Of a stretch of DNA of 31,188 bases, positions 25,582 to 31,188 are shown in pieces. A program made the translations under genes and the position numbers. The notes under the pieces are model-generated. The model saw only the letters and a program-made list of their open reading frames with translations. It searched no databases and was not told where the DNA came from. How positions within the stretch are numbered: position 1 is the stretch's first letter; every line of letters starts with the position of its first letter. Source of the stretch: Rhodothermales bacterium (GTDB lineage: Bacteria; Bacteroidota; Rhodothermia; Rhodothermales; DATGCC01); contig DATGCC010000534.1 in the NCBI GenBank assembly GCA_035312345.1, positions 1-31,188 on the forward strand. The letters are read 5' to 3'.

Positions 25582-28500
25582 TTATCGTAGCAAAAGCATC
25601 TTGCGCGACGCCGTGAAGCCATCCGCTTGCAGGCGGTAGATGTAAACGCCACTGGCAACCGACTGCCCTGCCTCATCACGCCCATCCCAGCGGACTTCGT
25701 AGGTCCCACTCGTCTGATCGGACTGTACCAGCGTGCGTATTCGCTGCCCGAGCACGTTGAAGATGACAAGCTCGACGGTACTCTGCACGTTGAGGCTGTA
25801 GCGGATGACCGTTTCGGGATTGAATGGGTTGGGATAGTTGCCTTCCAGGGCGTACTCCGTCGGCACGAGCGAGACGCCCTCACTTTCTGCCTCGGCAAAC
25901 GCCTTGGTGCCTATGACGACGCGCAGGTGCCGCACGGGCTGATCCCTGGACAACGTCAGGCTCAAGACGCCCTCCGAGGCAGGCAGCACACGTCCCTCAT
26001 CCAGATCGATCACATACCGCTCGAAACCCTCTGGACGCACGCCGTGCTCCATCAGTCCTACCTGTACCGGGATAGTCCGCGTCTGCACATGCTTCAGCGA
26101 CGATACATCGAGTTCGAGATCCCAGGTACCGCCCTGTTCTGTCAATGGCTTGAAGGCGCTGGCATAGGCGTTGCCCTCTTGCATCACACGCAAGCGTACA
26201 GCGGATCCGATGCCCGGTGGTTCTGGCCAGTCGAGCATATCCCATCCCGTCCGCGCCGCTTCGGCAAAACCGATGAAGTTCTGCGTGTCGTGCAGATCCT
26301 GCTCCGGCACGTCGGCGCGGATTTGAAGCATATAGCTGGCTTCCGCAAACAAGGGATTCGCCTCTGCCTGCTTCCCCGCACTCTCCGAGGCAATGGGCGG
26401 CACCGCGAGCGTGACCGGCGTTGCGTCCGGGTTGAAGACGAAATACCCATCCCAGGGTCGTATCTGTGATACACCCATCTGATAATCGGTGCCATCGAAG
26501 AAATATGGCCCCTGCACGGCACTGCTGTTGCCGACACCACTCCAGTCCACGGGAAACAGGAACGGGTCGCCGATCTGGTTCCAGCCAGGCTCCAGCGTGA
26601 TCTCGAAAGGCGACTCCAGGTTGCGAGAGACGCCATTCTCGACATCGAAGCCTTCGCCGGTGTTCGTCACAAGCCACGCTGCGATGCCCGCATTTTGGAA
26701 GCTGGACGTACCCTCATACTCCTGATACATTTCAGCCGTCGCATTCCACCGAGACATCCGCCAGACACTAGGATCCAGGGGCCCATAATCGTCAGTAAAC
26801 TGGGCCGCTACGCTGGGATCGTCCAGCGCCAGCGGAAACGACACCATCCGGTAGGCCTCCGGGGTGAGCACAAAATCGGAGCGGGTTTCCTGTGGACTGA
26901 GCGACGCGACACGAACGCGCAGTTGGAGCGGCTCGCTCGGCGTAGAGAAGGTTATCGTTTCCCCACCGAGATCAAACTCGGCATAATACTGCACCCCGCG
27001 AGGCGTCACGTAGGAGGCAGGAACCTGCCCCTCCACCGTCCCCCCACTGGCTACCAGCGGCGTCGATGCATAGGCCTGCTCTCCCCCTCGCCGGTAGAAC
27101 AACTGCCCGCTGGCGCTCTGCAAATCCGTTGGTACCTGGAAGCCAAGCTGGGTAGGCGTATTGGTATCTACGGTAGCAGGTGACTCATGCTGCACCTCCA
27201 TGCCATTGCCAGAGAGGGCAATGTTGCGTTGCGGCGTGTCTGGGTCGTCGCTCTCGATTCGCAATATCGCGGTCTTGGCTCCTGCGGTTCCTGGACTGAA
27301 GGTGAGGTTCAGGGTGCGTGTTGCGTCGGGGGCCAGCGTTGAGGCGCTGGCATCTTCTATCTGAAAAGCATTCGCATTGGCTCCGCCTATCGTCAGACCC
27401 GAAAGACTCAGGTCGGCATTGCCTATGTTGGTGAGTACGAATGGCAAAGCGGCTGTACGCCCCACCGTGACCGTGCCGAATTCGACTTGCCCGGCTTGCA
27501 GCATGAGGTCAGGTTCGAGGCCGCGCCCCGTCAGCGAGACGGTTACTCCCGCTAGCGGTCCATCCACAGGCCCCTCGTTTCCGGGGATCAGGTCATCAAT
27601 GTCCAGAATGGCAGCCTGCTCGCCGCCTGTGGGCCTAAATGTCACCGTGAGGGTTTGACTCACCCCGGCTGCCATGGTCAGCGTGCCTTGTGGATCTACG
27701 GTAAAAGCATCCTCACCACTTACCACCACTTCAAGATCGACAGGATCAGCACAGGTGTGACCTACGATGACTTCCTGCATGGCGACCTCTCCCACCCGCA
27801 CGTCCCCGAAGGGTAGGCTATTCTCGGAGACCTGAATAGCACAATTGCTCGTCCCCATGAGCGCAATATCAAGCACAGGTTCATCGGGGTCGTTGCTCAG
27901 AATGCGCAAGGTGGCCGTCTGCGGACCATCCTCTGTGGGCGTAAAGGTCACTTCGAGATTAAACGATCCGTCTGGAGCCACCACACGCGCCCCACCCATT
28001 GCCGTAACCTCAAACTGACCACTCCCCCCGATGATTGGTGTGTCGGAGATCTGTAAATCGCTGTTGCCAAGATTGCGCACTGTTACCTGCCGGATGACGG
28101 GCGTGCCCACCGCTACCGTCCCAAAGTTCAGGCTTCTGTTTTGGACCACAATGTTGGGAGCCACTGCTTCTCCCTGCAAAACGAGCGCGATGGGTTCTAT
28201 CTCACTCTCGATGAGCACCGCAGCGTCTGCCGAACCCGTTGCCTGGGGAGCATAGGTGAAGGTAATCGTTTGCCGCTCGCCGGAAGGAAGCACAAAAGCC
28301 TCGGGGGTAGCGCTGAAGCTGCCGGTGTCATCCTCAAAGATGCCTACCGACATATTCAGCGGGAATTGTTCGGTATTCTCTACCGCATACTCATAGGTGG
28401 CTTCCTCGCCGACCACAACGATACCGAAATCTATAACCTCTGGTTCGGCTGGCACTTCGCCCTCGCCTGCCAGGGGCACGCCTACAACGGGAGCGTTAGG

Positions 28501-29562
28501 ATCGTTGCTGGTGATGCGCACGTTGGCTTCCAGGATGCCCTCCTCAAGCGGCTCGAACGTTACAGGCAGCACAACAGACTCGGCGGGATCTAGCACATAG
28601 CCCGATGTGGGCACGCCGAAGGAGGCCGCATCCATTCCCGTCACCTCAACCTCTACCACAAGATCTGCCGTCCCGATGTTGGTGATGGTCAGGTTTTCAA
28701 CGGCACTATTCCCGATCAGCACCGGGTCGAAGTCGAGAGACAGGGGGTCCACGTCGATAATAGGAAGCGGCTGTGGGATGCCTTCGCCTGAGAGTTCTAT
28801 TCTGTTATCAATGGGCAGGCTTGCTTTTGAAGAGATCACTTCTGAGACAATGACCAGGTCATCCACAAAGGAACCAACGGACTGCGGCTGAAAGGATACC
28901 TGAATGGTGGTACCTGCTCCCGGTGTCAGGACAAATCCGGCCGGCGTGCTGGTAGAAAAAGGCGATAGGGACCCCTCGACAAAGATATCATCGATAAAAA
29001 GATCAAGGTTGATTTCGTTCACAATCTCCAGACTCATCGTCGTCGTCGTGCCTACGATCCTTGGTCCAAAATCGAGTGGGTTGGCTGACGCGGAAAAACT
29101 CGATATCCCTGTCCCGCTAAGGGGCACCATGGTAAGGTCAGCCGCTTCATTTTTGGGTGCGGCACTACCCAGATTCCACTCTACAACCAGGTTGTCTGAG
29201 AGACGCCCCAGTGCTGCAGGGTCGAAGTAGACCGTGAAGGACAACGACTCTCCCTCGCTCAAAAAGCAGGGAAACATACCCCCCATACATTGGGAAGTAT
29301 CAACAATTACAAAGAACGATGACGAATTGCCTTCTACGAAAACATTTTCTATCAAATCCCCCGCAGAGTCATTGGCCGTGATGGTACCCAGAACATTATC
29401 GCCATTCCCAATCCGTTCCAGCCCAAAGGTGATGGGGTTGGGCGTCACTGTAATGCCCTGGGCAGTGGCAACGGAGACAAAGCCTATCGTGAGCAGCAAT
29501 GCCCCCAACAGCTTGCTCAAGCGCGATGCATGATGTGTGACACGTACAACGAGCATGGTCAT
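25582..29562 (-). CDS. Large secreted protein with seven ASH/choice-of-anchor-D Ig-like repeats, an unknown central module and a C-terminal T9SS/FlgD-Ig sorting domain
   Basis: It has a signal peptide (ATA|Q). Repeats follow the pattern P..LDFG.V.VG......I.N.G..DL...V.F.P...G...A.L.I.SND......L.G.G. The CTD is YALEGNYPNPFNPET.IRY...GQRIRTLV...WDGRD..G..VASGVY.YRL...RKMLLLR. Confidence 0.9.
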   Translation of the reverse strand: MTMLVVRVTHHASRLSKLLGALLLTIGFVSVATAQGITVTPNPITFGLERIGNGDNVLGTITANDSAGDLIENVFVEGNSSSFFVIVDTSQCMGGMFPCFLSEGESLSFTVYFDPAALGRLSDNLVVEWNLGSAAPKNEAADLTMVPLSGTGISSFSASANPLDFGPRIVGTTTTMSLEIVNEINLDLFIDDIFVEGSLSPFSTSTPAGFVLTPGAGTTIQVSFQPQSVGSFVDDLVIVSEVISSKASLPIDNRIELSGEGIPQPLPIIDVDPLSLDFDPVLIGNSAVENLTITNIGTADLVVEVEVTGMDAASFGVPTSGYVLDPAESVVLPVTFEPLEEGILEANVRITSNDPNAPVVGVPLAGEGEVPAEPEVIDFGIVVVGEEATYEYAVENTEQFPLNMSVGIFEDDTGSFSATPEAFVLPSGERQTITFTYAPQATGSADAAVLIESEIEPIALVLQGEAVAPNIVVQNRSLNFGTVAVGTPVIRQVTVRNLGNSDLQISDTPIIGGSGQFEVTAMGGARVVAPDGSFNLEVTFTPTEDGPQTATLRILSNDPDEPVLDIALMGTSNCAIQVSENSLPFGDVRVGEVAMQEVIVGHTCADPVDLEVVVSGEDAFTVDPQGTLTMAAGVSQTLTVTFRPTGGEQAAILDIDDLIPGNEGPVDGPLAGVTVSLTGRGLEPDLMLQAGQVEFGTVTVGRTAALPFVLTNIGNADLSLSGLTIGGANANAFQIEDASASTLAPDATRTLNLTFSPGTAGAKTAILRIESDDPDTPQRNIALSGNGMEVQHESPATVDTNTPTQLGFQVPTDLQSASGQLFYRRGGEQAYASTPLVASGGTVEGQVPASYVTPRGVQYYAEFDLGGETITFSTPSEPLQLRVRVASLSPQETRSDFVLTPEAYRMVSFPLALDDPSVAAQFTDDYGPLDPSVWRMSRWNATAEMYQEYEGTSSFQNAGIAAWLVTNTGEGFDVENGVSRNLESPFEITLEPGWNQIGDPFLFPVDWSGVGNSSAVQGPYFFDGTDYQMGVSQIRPWDGYFVFNPDATPVTLAVPPIASESAGKQAEANPLFAEASYMLQIRADVPEQDLHDTQNFIGFAEAARTGWDMLDWPEPPGIGSAVRLRVMQEGNAYASAFKPLTEQGGTWDLELDVSSLKHVQTRTIPVQVGLMEHGVRPEGFERYVIDLDEGRVLPASEGVLSLTLSRDQPVRHLRVVIGTKAFAEAESEGVSLVPTEYALEGNYPNPFNPETVIRYSLNVQSTVELVIFNVLGQRIRTLVQSDQTSGTYEVRWDGRDEAGQSVASGVYIYRLQADGFTASRKMLLLR
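27199..29457 (-). repeat. Seven tandem ASH-like domains of about 100-115 aa (protein-level repeat)
   Basis: Approximate residue ranges are 36-153, 155-262, 266-369, 370-467, 468-572, 574-682 and 684-788. Each begins near an F(G/D) motif and ends in L.G.G/L.G.A-like residues. Confidence 0.8.
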
Positions 29563-29604
29563 TACGGATTAACGATGAAACGCTTCCTGGTGCAATAGCT
29601 CTGC

Positions 29605-30960
29605 CTATTGATTCCCGGAGCGCGTCGGCGGGTCGGGAGGATCGGGGAGGCCCACTGCACACGCCCCTTCCAAACAGGCATCAGCAGGCCGCCGCTGCCC
29701 GGTGCCCGGCAAAAGCCCGGCCTCCAGGTTGGTGTTGAGATTGTTCAAGAGATTAGTCATCGGGCTGGCCCCAAAGGCAGGCACCAGTCCCGGCGTCGGA
29801 TCGGCCTGGAAGGCTGACGTGAGCGCGGTATTCAGGGTGCCGCCTGCCAGCGCCATGCCTTCGTTTTCCTCGGCTTTGTCCTGCGCAAGCCGAAAGTTCG
29901 GATCATGGATAGTGGCCTGCCGATAGTAGGTGGCCGCCTCGCCAAACACGCCCGCATCTTCGCTTTCGAGGCCCCGGCTATAGGCCAGAAACGCTTGCAA
30001 GTTTTGTGTCGGGATACGCTCAATGCGCTGGCGTTCTTCAGGAGTCGGCTCGATACCCATGCGGGCAAGCACATCGAAGACGAGTCTTTTCTCAAGCGCC
30101 ATGAAGCGGCTCAGGCCGTCGGACTGGGGATCGAGGTCGTTGCGCTGCTCGTTTTCCCAGAGGGCTGCGTCGAGCCGCAGGTTGTCGCCCGGCAGCACAT
30201 TGTAGACGCCGCCCACGAGCCGTCCTGCGCCTACGAGGCAGCCCATACGCGGGGCCGTCGCCGGATCGAAACCCTCGCTGGCAGAGAGGCGCATCTCATC
30301 CAGCAGATCCTGCAAACGTGCCCGTTCTACGAGTTCCAGGCCCTCTACCTGGCTCAGGTCGATGCTGATGAGTTCGGCCATGCCGCGCCCGAGGGGCGCA
30401 TAGCGCGATTCGTCGCCCTGGTAATCCAGCGGGTACACGGCCACCTGGTCGGTTGCCGGGGGTGTAGAACATAGTTCACTGCCCTGCGCCTGCAACCGCG
30501 CCTCTTCGGCGAGGCGAGCCTGCACCTCTTGCTCCCGAATCTGGCGCACAACCCACACATAGCGCCCCGCCATCAACTTGCGATAGGGCGAGAGGCGTGA
30601 CACTTCGGGGTATTCGGCGTAGAGCCGGAGGGCTGTCTCTCGCTTGCCCAGCACCTCGTTCGTCAGCCCGAGGTGGTAGAGCGTCTTGGGATCGTCGGGG
30701 TCGCGGCTGAACGCTGCTTCCAGCCGGTCGCTCGCCTGCCCATAGTTGGACGTACGCAGGTTGATGATGCCGAGGTCGCGCAACGCATCGGCGTCATTGG
30801 GATTGAGCGCGATTTGCTCTTCCAGCCGGGCGATGGTGTCGGCATAGTCCGCTTCGTCCTGGAGGAGCCGGGGCTGCGTTGCACATCCTCCTGCCACGAA
30901 GCCTACAAGGAGCACCACGCACAACGTCCACGACAAAGTAAAACGCGAGCAACCAAACAT
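29605..30960 (-). CDS. Lipoprotein with TPR repeats and a CsgG/HfaB (TolB-N/LpoB-like fold) domain
   Basis: The lipobox is AGGC after a hydrophobic stretch from ATG 30960. TPRs include NPNDADALRDLG and DPDDPKTLYHLG. The domain reads VAVYPL...LGRGMAELISIDLS.V..L.LVER..L..LL.EM.L...G...GA..LV.G. A C-terminal TPR ends in DPNF..A. Confidence 0.85.
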   Translation of the reverse strand: MFGCSRFTLSWTLCVVLLVGFVAGGCATQPRLLQDEADYADTIARLEEQIALNPNDADALRDLGIINLRTSNYGQASDRLEAAFSRDPDDPKTLYHLGLTNEVLGKRETALRLYAEYPEVSRLSPYRKLMAGRYVWVVRQIREQEVQARLAEEARLQAQGSELCSTPPATDQVAVYPLDYQGDESRYAPLGRGMAELISIDLSQVEGLELVERARLQDLLDEMRLSASEGFDPATAPRMGCLVGAGRLVGGVYNVLPGDNLRLDAALWENEQRNDLDPQSDGLSRFMALEKRLVFDVLARMGIEPTPEERQRIERIPTQNLQAFLAYSRGLESEDAGVFGEAATYYRQATIHDPNFRLAQDKAEENEGMALAGGTLNTALTSAFQADPTPGLVPAFGASPMTNLLNNLNTNLEAGLLPGTGQRRPADACLEGACAVGLPDPPDPPTRSGNQ

Positions 30961-31083
30961 GCGTTTGAGGATCTGGTTAGGACAGAGATGGGCAGAGCGG
31001 AAGAGCCATGTAGCACGCATCGTCCAATATAGACAATTTACGACGTGATGTGTAATGCAGAAACAGGACAATTCCCACATGAA

Positions 31084-31120
31084 ACAAGTGGGACAACTTT
31101 TGCAAAATCGTCCCACTTGT
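31084..31120. promoter_or_regulatory. Perfect 11-bp inverted repeat (candidate operator) containing a sigma54-like -24/-12 element
   Basis: The sequence is ACAAGTGGGAC-N15-GTCCCACTTGT with a central TTTTGCAAAA palindrome. The plus strand TGGGACAACTTTTGCA (31089-31104) has GG-N10-GC spacing. Confidence 0.55.
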
Positions 31121-31188
31121 AAATGCTTTAGCATATCCTCTGCATGCAGCTTAGGGCAGCGAGCCGCCGCTTGACTTGCCGTCCTGGC

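Noticed and set aside
29605-30960. Curli secretion channel CsgG
   Set aside because: There are no csgA/B/E/F genes, the protein has TPR fusions, and the segment after the alpha/beta core looks too short for CsgG's transmembrane hairpins.
30961-31134. N-terminal extension of the TPR lipoprotein given by the ORF track (similar extensions at 5547-5648, 7716-7808, 20186-20308, 21341-21478, 24398-24451)
   Set aside because: The extension would displace the lipoprotein signal peptide and overlap the palindrome. The other extensions lack family motifs or overlap neighbouring genes.
1-31188. CRISPR array, IS/transposon, prophage, rRNA or tRNA
   Set aside because: I saw no regularly spaced direct repeats, no transposase, integrase or phage structural motifs, and no structural-RNA signatures.

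Overview
This is a gene-dense, mostly GC-rich bacterial chromosomal window with 26 supportable CDS. I found no rRNA, tRNA, CRISPR array, transposase or integrase. The organism is probably FCB-group and Rhodothermota-like; this is an inference from a YPNPFNP...SGVY...KM-type T9SS sorting domain and six secreted proteins with Gln directly after the signal-peptidase-I site. From left to right: (1) a 5'-truncated penicillin-binding transpeptidase followed by an FHA protein with an N-terminal, apparently inactive Swt1-like HEPN domain; (2) DUF885-like, M20 deacylase, dienelactone hydrolase, Cys-less cysteine-desulfurase-like and RidA genes; (3) an accessory stretch with GDPD, a low-GC orphan, a VOC protein and a 66-aa CxxC/CxxC protein; (4) a glycan-processing cluster of GH78, two esterases and DUF1080; (5) GNAT-puuE, HXXEE, yraN, a GbsR-type regulator, DUF62, a degenerate ECF-sigma/anti-sigma fusion and pncA; (6) a three-gene envelope operon of a TPR/CsgG-like lipoprotein, a 7x ASH-repeat T9SS cargo protein and an outer-membrane barrel, with a strong palindrome upstream. 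The best novelty candidates are the dead-HEPN/FHA fusion next to the PBP, the pseudo-sigma/anti-sigma membrane fusion, and the three-gene surface operon. All family assignments come from recalled motifs, not database searches. Start codons were re-chosen by eye where the ORF track overextends.
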